DNA of 64,000 nt from a virus (Duplodnaviria; Caudoviricetes): positions 71,534 to 135,533 of IMG/VR virus record IMGVR_UViG_2524614847_000004. One strand, written 5' to 3'. The notes below the pieces were generated by a model. It saw only the letters and a program-made list of their open reading frames with translations, did not search any database and was not told where the DNA came from. Made by a program: the position numbers and the translations under genes. Positions 30,140 through 39,869 of the stretch are shown here, in pieces. The stretch's first letter is position 1. Each line of letters starts with the position of its first letter.

Positions 30140-30167
30140 AGAGGAGGCTCTTCGGAGCCTTCTTTTT
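30140..30167 (+). terminator. Intrinsic terminator
   Basis: agaggaggctc-ttcg-gagccttct followed by a T-tract. Confidence 0.75.
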
Positions 30168-30184
30168 CGATTTGGAGGTAAAAG

Positions 30185-30931
30185 ATGAATGCAATAGATG
30201 CTTGTTATCAGATGTATAAAGACATTGAAAAGATGATAACAGAGAAAATTAAAACTATTAGATATGACAGAACCTTTCGTGCCAAGATAACAAGTCAGAT
30301 ATCTGCAAACAAGTATAAAATCCTATACAAAAATAAGGAATATCCAGCATCATGCGATATTAAAGCAAAAATAGGCGATATCGTTTGGGTGTGTGCACCA
30401 AGAAATAATTGGGATGAATTATATGTACAAATATGTAGCAGCTTCAGTTTAGATAATTATTTCCCACTCTCTGGAGGAACAATTAATGGTTCATCACAAT
30501 TTAACGACGAAGTAATAACAAAGAGGGGACATCGTGTACATAGTGTAGGAGCGACATCTTCTGGGTTAAGTGGATACGTAGGTATTTGCAGAATTACCAT
30601 TAAAAATGCTTATGCTAATCAGGCTATTAGGTTTAAAGTGATACAAAGAGGAAAAGACGGGGGAGAAATCACAATACGTTTTAATAATTTAAACGGCAAT
30701 GATCCTACTCTTGCCACTTTTAAAGTTTATCAGGACTTGACCCAGGTGCAGATCGTAAAGACTTCTACAAGTACCTGGGATTTATACATACAAAAATCAG
30801 AAGCTTATGACTCTATTGATGTTGTAGATGTGCAAATTGGTTCATATATGACTAATAAATTAGTCATTGATTGGACTGATAATTTTAACTCAATAAACCC
30901 AGGTGGAACAATTGCCACAGTGGTGAGTTAA
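30185..30931 (+). CDS. Tail/baseplate protein
   Basis: N-terminal YDRTF.A.I..GDIVWV..P.NN; YFPLSGGTING fibre-like motif. Confidence 0.5.
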   Translation: MNAIDACYQMYKDIEKMITEKIKTIRYDRTFRAKITSQISANKYKILYKNKEYPASCDIKAKIGDIVWVCAPRNNWDELYVQICSSFSLDNYFPLSGGTINGSSQFNDEVITKRGHRVHSVGATSSGLSGYVGICRITIKNAYANQAIRFKVIQRGKDGGEITIRFNNLNGNDPTLATFKVYQDLTQVQIVKTSTSTWDLYIQKSEAYDSIDVVDVQIGSYMTNKLVIDWTDNFNSINPGGTIATVVS

Positions 30932-30972
30932 GTCAAGATACAATAGTTGTATTTAAACAAAGGAGGTGACGC

Positions 30973-32670
30973 ATGTACCCAATTATACATCCCATAGAAC
31001 CATTTGATAGTTCTGTTGGGACAGAAATAAAGTTTACTTGGCAAGGCAATCAGATATATAAAGTACGATGTATTGTTAAAAATAATGAGACCGGTGCAAC
31101 TGTATACGACCATACTCAAAATACAATGAAGCAATCTTACGTAGTGCTACCGAATTCTGGTTTAATTAATGGAACTTATTATGTATCCTATATAACGGTC
31201 TTTGACATAAACAATAACGAATCTAATTTGCAGGATATTGGTACTCCGTTTTATTGTTTTTCAAAACCTAAATTTAATTTATCCGTTTCTGATGGTGAAA
31301 TTATTCAGACATCAGCATATAAGGTTGGACTCAACTACTCACAGGCGCAAGGTGAATCACTAGACTCCTACTCTTTTACATTATATACATATCAAAAAAC
31401 AGTAATCTCCTCTTCTGGTGATATCTATAACACATCAGATATGTCATATGTTATTTCAGGTCTGGAAAACGGAAGGCAGTATTACCTAAGAGCTACTGGA
31501 AAAACATTGCATGGTATAACATTAGACACTGGTTTTATTTTGATTACTGTTTCATATACTATCGCACAAGTCTTTAATACACTTGAATTGAATAACAAAG
31601 CAGAATCTGGGGCTATAGAAATAAAGAGTAATATTGTGTCTGCCATTGGTTTGTCAGAAAAAGATGTAGTTTATATTGGTGACGAATATGCTGACCTGCG
31701 TGATAACTCGGTAACATTTGATGAGGGCTTTGAGGTCAAAGGAGATTTCACAAAGATATTCGTGTTTTACGAGCCTGAAAGAAATAAATCCATTATTCCA
31801 TTTGGTGATGGAGATAGGTTAAAAGTAGATATTTATTATCGTAAAGGCAAATATGCTGATTCAAACGGTGAAAAGGCTTATTTCGAACTAGTTGCCAACT
31901 CTTGCGGAACTAATTATGTTAGGAATAGCGGCTATGTAAATATACCAAATTCAAATTATCAACAGTTTGCATTACTAGTTAATAGACAGGGTGGCTATTA
32001 TGATTTAGAAGTTGTTGTCATAAGTACGGTTGTCAGATACTCTGCTAGTGCAGATGGTTCCAATATGACTGAAACAAAACAGGCGAATAGTAGGTATATT
32101 GGCATAGGCTATATGCCCGGGAAAATACTTGAGCATGAAAACTTATTACTAAATTCCAATTTTTCAAAAGGAACAAGTAATTGGAGTGCAACAAATAATG
32201 CCTTAATAAGTTTATTAAATGAAACACCGAATGATTTGCCTCCTGTTCCGGAGGTAGGAACAAATTTGATAGCAAATACAAATACTACCAACAATGGGCA
32301 TACCATCCAACACATTTATGACTTAGATCCAGGAACGTATACTCTTAGCTCTTACGTAATGATACCACCAGAATATCCTAATTCTGTTGGTATAACAAAA
32401 TGGAGACACACGCCTAGCGCATATGTAGAAGCAGAAAATAAATCGATAAGTACAAAAGGACAATGGATTAAGGTTACATTATCAGTTATATTAACTTTAA
32501 AGGATAGATATATTTTTGGTATTGGTGGTGGATCTAGACCAGAAGCGAATCCATTGAGTGTATACTCATGGCATCCAAAATTGGAAAAGGGTACAGTGGC
32601 GACAGAGTGGACTATTGCCCCTTCGGATTGGGTTGCTGACCAAACTAATTACACCTGGAAGCCATTATAA
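30973..32670 (+). CDS. Tail protein with Fn3-like and carbohydrate-binding-like modules
   Basis: ISGLENGRQYYLRA; NLLLNS..PKLEKG..ATEW..AP.D module. Confidence 0.6.
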   Translation: MYPIIHPIEPFDSSVGTEIKFTWQGNQIYKVRCIVKNNETGATVYDHTQNTMKQSYVVLPNSGLINGTYYVSYITVFDINNNESNLQDIGTPFYCFSKPKFNLSVSDGEIIQTSAYKVGLNYSQAQGESLDSYSFTLYTYQKTVISSSGDIYNTSDMSYVISGLENGRQYYLRATGKTLHGITLDTGFILITVSYTIAQVFNTLELNNKAESGAIEIKSNIVSAIGLSEKDVVYIGDEYADLRDNSVTFDEGFEVKGDFTKIFVFYEPERNKSIIPFGDGDRLKVDIYYRKGKYADSNGEKAYFELVANSCGTNYVRNSGYVNIPNSNYQQFALLVNRQGGYYDLEVVVISTVVRYSASADGSNMTETKQANSRYIGIGYMPGKILEHENLLLNSNFSKGTSNWSATNNALISLLNETPNDLPPVPEVGTNLIANTNTTNNGHTIQHIYDLDPGTYTLSSYVMIPPEYPNSVGITKWRHTPSAYVEAENKSISTKGQWIKVTLSVILTLKDRYIFGIGGGSRPEANPLSVYSWHPKLEKGTVATEWTIAPSDWVADQTNYTWKPL

Positions 32671-32688
32671 AGAAAGGAGATAAATTAA

Positions 32689-33579
32689 ATGTTTTTAGGA
32701 AACAGCTTCGCTTCATCAGATAAAACATTGGTTTCATCTCCTGTTGAAGCAAAGAATATTGAGTTTTTAACTGTAAGGTATGCAATCTTCGGAGAAGTAT
32801 ATGTAAGTAATGGTTTGATTGAAATAACAAACTTCAATGGTACTGTACCACAGAAGTGGGATTTTAACACCAGACTGCACGCTCTATTCAAAGATAGTTT
32901 ACACGGTGGCAATGTAAACTTCTCCACAGATATTGTTGAATTAATAAGGATAAAGCGCAGAGTCAAAGGTGAACTAACATTCAAAACGATTTATGAGAAA
33001 CCAATAATCGTAAATGATGATTTCAAAATTAATCTGTTGGATTATTTGGAGCCAGTTGGCAATATAGAATATGCTTATGTGCCTATAATTTCTGGTGGTG
33101 AGGGTGATTATATCGTAAGTAGAGTGGAGTCAAAATTTGACTCTTATTTTATTTGCGAAAAAGATGTTTCTTATCCAATGATTTTAGATACGAAATTTAC
33201 GAAGCAGCTAAATCATCTTATAGGTGTAGTAGAGCTGCCAAATCGCTTAAAACCGGTTGTAATTAAAGGAGGGATCACAAACTACATCTCAGGTGATATA
33301 GAATGCACATTCATAGAAAACCAAGACTGCAAATGGTTGATAGATTCTTCTTGGGAATATCGAAATCAGTTATATCAATTTTTGACAAATGGTAAGCCAA
33401 AGATCTTAAAAGACTTTGAGGGTAACACTTGGATGATTGCTGTTACAAGTGGAATATCTGAAGATTCAGATCATTACCAGCATGTAAAAAGTAAGTTCTC
33501 AGTTACCGAGTGTGGAGAAGCTTCATCTATAGGTGATTTATATGACAATGGATTTATTGATACAGATGTTGATCGGTAG
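32689..33579 (+). CDS. Distal tail-like protein
   Basis: FLTNGKPKILKD..G..WM motif; position. Confidence 0.5.
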   Translation: MFLGNSFASSDKTLVSSPVEAKNIEFLTVRYAIFGEVYVSNGLIEITNFNGTVPQKWDFNTRLHALFKDSLHGGNVNFSTDIVELIRIKRRVKGELTFKTIYEKPIIVNDDFKINLLDYLEPVGNIEYAYVPIISGGEGDYIVSRVESKFDSYFICEKDVSYPMILDTKFTKQLNHLIGVVELPNRLKPVVIKGGITNYISGDIECTFIENQDCKWLIDSSWEYRNQLYQFLTNGKPKILKDFEGNTWMIAVTSGISEDSDHYQHVKSKFSVTECGEASSIGDLYDNGFIDTDVDR

Positions 33580-33589
33580 GTGATAAATT

Positions 33590-35077
33590 ATGGCTTATGA
33601 AGTAACACAAACAGACTTAAGTGTCTTGCGCCAAGGAGAACAAGAAATTCGTTTAAAGGTTGAATTACTCAACAGCAATTTTAAGGTTCTAGATTCGTTA
33701 GAGGGAAATATCGTTAATGACAGCTTTTCGCAAGATTCTGAATCCATACAAAGACGGAGCTATAGTTGTGATTTAAAAGTTTTAAACTCTACTTTTATTA
33801 TTGGAAAAGACAAAAAGATATGGCTAGATAAAAGGATTCGTGTGTTTTATGGTTTAAATTCAGTCAGAGAAAATCGTGTTATCTGGTATCAATTAGGAAT
33901 ATTTTGCTATATAAACATGAAATATAGTAGCACAGGAACAGACAAAACTCTCTCACTTACTTGTGGTGACTTAATGGCATTGTATGATGGTACGCTCAAT
34001 GGGCAATTACATGGTAAGGGATCATCTCCTAACGCTCCGGATTATGCGGTCAAAAATCTGATTATCCCTGCTGGTGAAGATATTCGTTTATCAATTATTG
34101 CCACACTAAAAGAGGCCGGTATTACTAAATACATTGTAGAGGACATTGGTAAGCCTATACCCTATGATTTAACTTTTGCTACTGGTACTACTTATGCAGA
34201 TGTGTGGACAAAAATTAGAGATCTCTATGACTCATGGGAATTTTACTTTGATGCTGATGGGACGTTCATTTGGCGACAAACTCCTACCGGCTTAAATGAA
34301 CCAGTTGTGTTAGATAATGTGATTATGCAAACTCTTGTAAAAGATGAAGATGCAGATTCAAAATTTACCGATATATATAATGTCACAGAGGTTTGGGGTA
34401 AAGTATTAGAACTTGATAAATCGGATAGGTATGCTGATACTTCTACATATTCGAATAATACATACAATATCAATCTTGATATTTTTACATCGTGGCAAGA
34501 CGTAGATAACCTTACGCAGATATCTTTTAAGGTTCTAAATGATAATTTGGTCGCGCCTAAATTCTCTATAAATAACCTATCTCCTATCCCAATTTATGAT
34601 GGTGACGGAAACCCGTTGTCAGAAGGAACTTTAAAGGCAAATAATATTTATGTATTTAGATATAGGCGATTGACCCCAGAGCAGAATGCTCTTTTTTTAT
34701 TGGGGCAATTCCAGTGCTATGGAAGGTATGTTGAGGAATCACAGGATTGTCCGTTCTCGGTGCCTAATCTCGGCTATGAGATAGTAAATTCAGTTGATTA
34801 TGACAACCTTTCAGACGATGCAGCATGTTATAATCAGGCGGAATATTTGACCTATAAGTCAACCGCTATGATGGACACGATTAGTTTAACTATGTTGGTT
34901 GTGCCTTGGCTAGAGGTGAACACTAAAATTGAATATACACCTAGATACAATAATACTAAGAATCAATATATTATTAAAAATTTAAGCTGGTCTACTGGCG
35001 AAGGCGTAATGAATGCAACTCTCTATAAATTTATGGAGAGTTTTTCTTATGTCTATAATCGCAACAAAAGTAAGTAA
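33590..35077 (+). CDS. Baseplate hub/tail tip protein (DUF5048-like)
   Basis: WEFYFDADGTF, IYNVTEVWG and VPWLEVN motifs. Confidence 0.6.
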   Translation: MAYEVTQTDLSVLRQGEQEIRLKVELLNSNFKVLDSLEGNIVNDSFSQDSESIQRRSYSCDLKVLNSTFIIGKDKKIWLDKRIRVFYGLNSVRENRVIWYQLGIFCYINMKYSSTGTDKTLSLTCGDLMALYDGTLNGQLHGKGSSPNAPDYAVKNLIIPAGEDIRLSIIATLKEAGITKYIVEDIGKPIPYDLTFATGTTYADVWTKIRDLYDSWEFYFDADGTFIWRQTPTGLNEPVVLDNVIMQTLVKDEDADSKFTDIYNVTEVWGKVLELDKSDRYADTSTYSNNTYNINLDIFTSWQDVDNLTQISFKVLNDNLVAPKFSINNLSPIPIYDGDGNPLSEGTLKANNIYVFRYRRLTPEQNALFLLGQFQCYGRYVEESQDCPFSVPNLGYEIVNSVDYDNLSDDAACYNQAEYLTYKSTAMMDTISLTMLVVPWLEVNTKIEYTPRYNNTKNQYIIKNLSWSTGEGVMNATLYKFMESFSYVYNRNKSK

Positions 35078-35094
35078 AGAAAGGAGCTGATAAG

Positions 35095-35721
35095 ATGAGT
35101 TATCCGGAATATCCTTGGAGCAACTTCCCAGAAGAAATTTGTGACTTGCCTAATATGCAAGATGTTTCTCCGAGTCTCAGACCGATTGTTGAACAATATG
35201 ATAACGCATGGATAAACAACGATACTGATAAAATGGCACAATTAACATTGCAGTATCCAAATTTAGACAAGTCATTATTTAATGCTAAAAAGTTTAATGT
35301 AGTACTTGACCATATTAAGTCATTAGAGAAATTCTTCTTAGAAAAGGTTGCTGTAATGATCGATACTGTAGTACAACACACAATTGGTATAAAAGATAAC
35401 GCTACGGGAGCCGAAAAGAAAACGAATACATACTCAGCGGAAAAAATCGACTACATGACAGGTACGATTATAGCTTCCAATATTACGGTCAATATAGCCG
35501 ATTGGGATTCGAACTTAGAATACAAATATACGTCAAATACAATTTTGACCGATGACAGGATTAATATTTACTTCGCTGATGCCAGTAAAATTAATGCATC
35601 AAAAGCCTTTGTTTATGTCAAAAGCAATACTGGAGCAGGTAATTTCATACTTAAGGCAAATAAGATACCCAAAAGCGCATTGGTGATTGACAACGTGGAG
35701 GTGGTAAGGAAAAATGGCTAA
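35095..35721 (+). CDS. Tail-associated protein
   Basis: Strong SD; TYSAEKID motif. Confidence 0.5.
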   Translation: MSYPEYPWSNFPEEICDLPNMQDVSPSLRPIVEQYDNAWINNDTDKMAQLTLQYPNLDKSLFNAKKFNVVLDHIKSLEKFFLEKVAVMIDTVVQHTIGIKDNATGAEKKTNTYSAEKIDYMTGTIIASNITVNIADWDSNLEYKYTSNTILTDDRINIYFADASKINASKAFVYVKSNTGAGNFILKANKIPKSALVIDNVEVVRKNG

Positions 35722-37093
35722 ATGTGGAATAGTAAATATTAGTGGTGGCGGAGGGATTGGTTCCGATGAACTCTCTGCTACTAAAGATTATGTGTTAAGT
35801 GGAAAGACTTATGTTGGAGCTGATACCAATGATGAAATAGGAATCGGTACAATGGTTGATAACAAGACCACTAGCGATCAGAATTTAAACGCTGGTGGTT
35901 CTTTTATTGTAAAAAAAGGATATCATCCGCAGGATTTTAAGGTAAACGCAAATGGTTTGGCGAGTCAAACTTCGGCAACAGCAGTTCCTACTCGTGTTAT
36001 GAGTGGAGATACATATTGGGCAAACGGAGTAAAAAATACTGGAACAATGACAGTAAATAGTATACTGTCTTTTAGTGCTGCCGCATACAGTACAACGCAA
36101 ATTTTATTACAATGGCAAAATCCGTATGCGGCTACCGGAAGACCTTTTAGCGGAGTATTTATTAATTATTCTACTGGTGGATATCCAGGAACTGGGGGAA
36201 CAAGAATTTATACTGGATATGGGAATAATGCAACACCGGGCGGATGGTCACAAGCCATTGTTACCATGCCAGCAATAGGAACAACTTATTATTTTAGTGC
36301 TACACCTTATGCATCCGCCTCCCCCTCGGATTTATGGGGGGGTACATTAAATGCAGTTGCTGCTACTACTTCAAGAGGACAGCAGACGTTTACTGCTTCA
36401 GGAACTTTTACAGTACCAGCCGGGGTGCGTGAAATAGATGCATTTGTTGTTGGTGGTGGAGCATCTGGTGGTTCAGGATCTTCTAGCAGTGATATAGCTG
36501 GTAATGGTGGTAACAGTGGTAAAACGGCTACAATTAAAAAATATGCAGTTACACCTGGGCAACAGTTCGCAGTTAATATAGGAGCCGGAGGTGCAAGTAG
36601 TAGATCTACTGAAAATGCAGGAGGAACAACAACTTTTGGTTCTATATTAAGTGCTGCCGGTGGAGAAAAAAGAGGAGTTAGTGTTGGTGGAAATGGTGGA
36701 TCTGGTGGAGGAACTAGTCGTAATACTAGCTATTCTGCAAACAAGCAAAACTTCCTTGCAACCTCTGGCGGTGCTGATGGAGCTGATGGTGGAACAGCAT
36801 GGAGAGATGGTTATGAACCTGTATATGGAGGCACCGGACAACACACCTCTACAAGAGCTTTTGGAGAATCTGGTAATACATTGTACGCAGGCGGCGGATC
36901 CGGAGGTGGTGAAAATCTTGCAGGTGCTGCTGGTGGCGGTGGTAAAGGTGGAGGTTGGAGATCCGAAATGGCAGGTGCTGGTGCAGCAAACACTGGTGGT
37001 GGCGGTGGCGGTGGCCCCAGAGATGCTGACTACTCTTGGATATCCAGCGGAGGCGGCGGTTCCGGTATCTGTATTGTTCGATGGGGATATTAA
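35714..37093 (+). CDS. Glycine-rich tail fibre-like protein
   Basis: FTASGTFTVPAGV..VVGGG..GGGGSGICIVRW glycine-rich domain. Confidence 0.7.
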   Translation: MAKCGIVNISGGGGIGSDELSATKDYVLSGKTYVGADTNDEIGIGTMVDNKTTSDQNLNAGGSFIVKKGYHPQDFKVNANGLASQTSATAVPTRVMSGDTYWANGVKNTGTMTVNSILSFSAAAYSTTQILLQWQNPYAATGRPFSGVFINYSTGGYPGTGGTRIYTGYGNNATPGGWSQAIVTMPAIGTTYYFSATPYASASPSDLWGGTLNAVAATTSRGQQTFTASGTFTVPAGVREIDAFVVGGGASGGSGSSSSDIAGNGGNSGKTATIKKYAVTPGQQFAVNIGAGGASSRSTENAGGTTTFGSILSAAGGEKRGVSVGGNGGSGGGTSRNTSYSANKQNFLATSGGADGADGGTAWRDGYEPVYGGTGQHTSTRAFGESGNTLYAGGGSGGGENLAGAAGGGGKGGGWRSEMAGAGAANTGGGGGGGPRDADYSWISSGGGGSGICIVRWGY

Positions 37094-37109
37094 GAAAGGA
37101 GGATATTAA

Positions 37110-37448
37110 ATGATTGTGCATCAGGTATTTGCTCAAATATTTAATGGAGAGGTAAAGAACGTAACTGTAAATAATAATTATGAAGAAGCCAATATGTTAG
37201 CAAGAGGAGCTTATGGCGACTCAGCTTTTGCAGTTGATATCTCACAATATCCATGCAGCCCTGGGGATCATTATCATGATGGGAAGTTTTGGAGAGTAGA
37301 TGAAAATGGGAATGAGGTAGAAGAAATAGCCTATGTTCCTACACAAGAACAACAGGTTTCTAATCTTACTGGTTTGCACGATGAAACAATGGAAACCTTG
37401 GTAGATTTAGACTATAGGCAAACAGCTTTAGAACTTGGATTAACATAA
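37110..37448 (+). CDS. Tail fibre assembly-like protein
   Basis: Follows the fibre gene; C-terminal DLDYR..LELG. Confidence 0.5.
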   Translation: MIVHQVFAQIFNGEVKNVTVNNNYEEANMLARGAYGDSAFAVDISQYPCSPGDHYHDGKFWRVDENGNEVEEIAYVPTQEQQVSNLTGLHDETMETLVDLDYRQTALELGLT

Positions 37449-37464
37449 TAGAGAGGAGATAAAC

Positions 37465-37638
37465 ATGGCAAGTATATTAACTTATAACAATTGTAAGAAA
37501 CTGTATACCACAAAGAAGACTAAAGATGAGCTAACTCCGGAATTTGTTGAAATGCAGAACGGAGTTGTTGATGTATTTTTAATGGCTGGAAGAATTACTG
37601 AAGAACAATATACCGAGTTAATGGCAATATTGAACTGA
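37465..37638 (+). CDS. Small fibre-associated protein, 57 aa (not in the ORF track)
   Basis: GAGGAG SD; DVFL.AGRITEEQY.EL motif. Confidence 0.6.
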   Translation: MASILTYNNCKKLYTTKKTKDELTPEFVEMQNGVVDVFLMAGRITEEQYTELMAILN

Positions 37639-37655
37639 AGTAGAAAGGAAGAATC

Positions 37656-38141
37656 ATGCCAAATATAATATTTGACGGAGATAGGAAAATTCGTTTTACT
37701 GATATGGATTTATCAAAACAATATGATTTAAATGATTTACGATTTTATCTCCCTAAAGATAAGAACGTAAAAGTTTTGTATTGTCTCTTTAAAGATTATC
37801 AGAAATCGCATGAATCAATTGAACTATCAGAAATCCCTTATGATTCTAATACATATACTTGCTATAAATCAATTATAGAAAAGTCATTTTTATTGGACTC
37901 TGGTGATTTGACACTAACACTATTTGGAATTTGTGAATCCTCTGAAACTATTGTTTCTGAGGATTTTTCTATTAATGTAAACGTAGATAATTATAACCAT
38001 GCCACCAGACTATATTGGGCAGATAAAGTAAGTGTCTCAGTTGCTGATTATTACAACAAAATTGTACAGCTTACAAACATGAACATTGAAATACTATCAA
38101 AAATAAAAGATGAATATGGAGGTGAAGTTTTTGACAAGTGA
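37656..38141 (+). CDS. Hypothetical tail-region protein
   Basis: ORF with AAAGGA SD. Confidence 0.5.
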   Translation: MPNIIFDGDRKIRFTDMDLSKQYDLNDLRFYLPKDKNVKVLYCLFKDYQKSHESIELSEIPYDSNTYTCYKSIIEKSFLLDSGDLTLTLFGICESSETIVSEDFSINVNVDNYNHATRLYWADKVSVSVADYYNKIVQLTNMNIEILSKIKDEYGGEVFDK

Positions 38142-39858
38142 TGCCGAAAGTTACTTAAAAAAGTTAGAAGAAATACAAAACGGTACTACCACTCAGGCTA
38201 CTATTTTCAATCAAACTCCTGATGAAGAAAAATTTATTATAAATGCAGACACTAGAGAAATTTCTGTCCCATCTTCATTTTCTAATATAGGTGTTATTTA
38301 CGATCATAATGCCGAAACAATCTTTTTCAAAATCCCAAGATATTTTGATAATGTCGACTTAAATGATCATACGTGTATTATTCAATATATTAATGCTGGT
38401 AAAGAAGAAGATATCTATACCGTTACTCAAAAAGATTTATCTAGCGACGGTGAAATAATATTTGGTTGGAAAATCACTAATTCGGTAACAAAGTACTCTG
38501 GCTCTGTGTCTTTTGCTGTCAGGTTTTATTCAATCACAAACGGGATTTTTGATTATAATTTTAATACCAAAGTTGCTCAATTTAATGTGCTGAGTGGGCT
38601 TAATATAACTGCCAATGATATTTCCATAAACCCTGACCTGTTATCTCAATGGATAGAAAAGATAAATGCTTTAGATAATATTGAATTACCAATGCGAACT
38701 TCTGACCTGATAAATGATAGTAACTTTTTATCAAGTGAAACTGATCCCACCGTACCAAAATGGGCGAAACAATCAGAAAAGCCAATATATACCGCACAAG
38801 AAGTTGGCGCCATATCTATATCTTCAGAAATAACCAATGATGAAATCGATGGTCTTGATGAACTATTCTACATACCGAAATTCAAAAACAGTGACGTGCT
38901 TGTAGGAGGAGATAATAATACACACCCTGCATTCATCGTAAACGGTAAAGAAATCCCTGGTTTTTACTATTCGAAATACCAGAATGTCGTAAAGACTGTA
39001 GATGGCGCAAGCATGGCGTATAGCCTGTACGGAAAAGATCCTGCGGTAAATATTGATTTTGACAATGCGCGAGCCAGATGTGAAGCCAAGGGAAAAGGAT
39101 ATCATCTTAGCACTATGGCTGAATGGGCTGCTATTGCATTATGGTGTAAGAAAAATGGATTTATGCCATACGGAAATAATAACTATGGCAAGGACACTCT
39201 TGAAACAGATTATGTAGCTATACCTACATCACAAGATACTGCTGACCCTAATAAAACCGGACATGTTGCCACCGGAACTGGCCCTCTGACATGGAGCCAT
39301 GATGAAACGCCTAGCGGTATCTGGGATCTTAACGGTAATGTATGGGAATGGCAGGGCGGCTACCGCACAGTTTCGGGTGAAGTGCAGATTCTTGCCAATA
39401 ATGACGCAGCCGACTCAAACAACCTACAGAATAATACTAGCCAGTGCTGGAAAGCGATCAACGCTACTACCGGAGAACTTGTAACTCCGGGAACGTCCGG
39501 GACGGTCAAACTGGACTATGTGAGCAGTAAGTGGACATATAGCGCCAGCATTACGGACTTGAAGAACGAGATCCGAGGGTGCGCTTTCGCCAACGTCACA
39601 TTTACGTCCGACGTAAAGCAGCCAGCTCAGGACTTGCTCCGCGCTCTGGCTATGCTGCCGGTTGCTGGTGATACCAGTTATAACAACGCCTATTTCTGGG
39701 TCAACAACGGCGTAGCCGAACGGCTCGCCTTTCGCGGGGGCAACTGGGACAGCGGCACGCGCGCAGGCGTTTTCAGCGTGCACGGCGGCCATCCCCGATC
39801 CAGCGCCTACACGTACATTGGCTTCCGTTTCACTTATATCCAAGAACTTGAACCATAA
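38131..39858 (+). CDS. BppU-like N-terminus fused to a CLec/FGE-sulfatase-fold (DGR target-type) C-terminus
   Basis: DHNAETIFFKIPRYFD..FGWKI; DLNGNVWEW; RGGNW..IGFR end motif. Confidence 0.8.
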   Translation: MTSDAESYLKKLEEIQNGTTTQATIFNQTPDEEKFIINADTREISVPSSFSNIGVIYDHNAETIFFKIPRYFDNVDLNDHTCIIQYINAGKEEDIYTVTQKDLSSDGEIIFGWKITNSVTKYSGSVSFAVRFYSITNGIFDYNFNTKVAQFNVLSGLNITANDISINPDLLSQWIEKINALDNIELPMRTSDLINDSNFLSSETDPTVPKWAKQSEKPIYTAQEVGAISISSEITNDEIDGLDELFYIPKFKNSDVLVGGDNNTHPAFIVNGKEIPGFYYSKYQNVVKTVDGASMAYSLYGKDPAVNIDFDNARARCEAKGKGYHLSTMAEWAAIALWCKKNGFMPYGNNNYGKDTLETDYVAIPTSQDTADPNKTGHVATGTGPLTWSHDETPSGIWDLNGNVWEWQGGYRTVSGEVQILANNDAADSNNLQNNTSQCWKAINATTGELVTPGTSGTVKLDYVSSKWTYSASITDLKNEIRGCAFANVTFTSDVKQPAQDLLRALAMLPVAGDTSYNNAYFWVNNGVAERLAFRGGNWDSGTRAGVFSVHGGHPRSSAYTYIGFRFTYIQELEP

Positions 39859-39869
39859 AGGAGGTATCT

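Noticed and set aside
36440-37080. GGT/GGC-rich repeat
   Set aside because: Explained by glycine codons of the fibre protein
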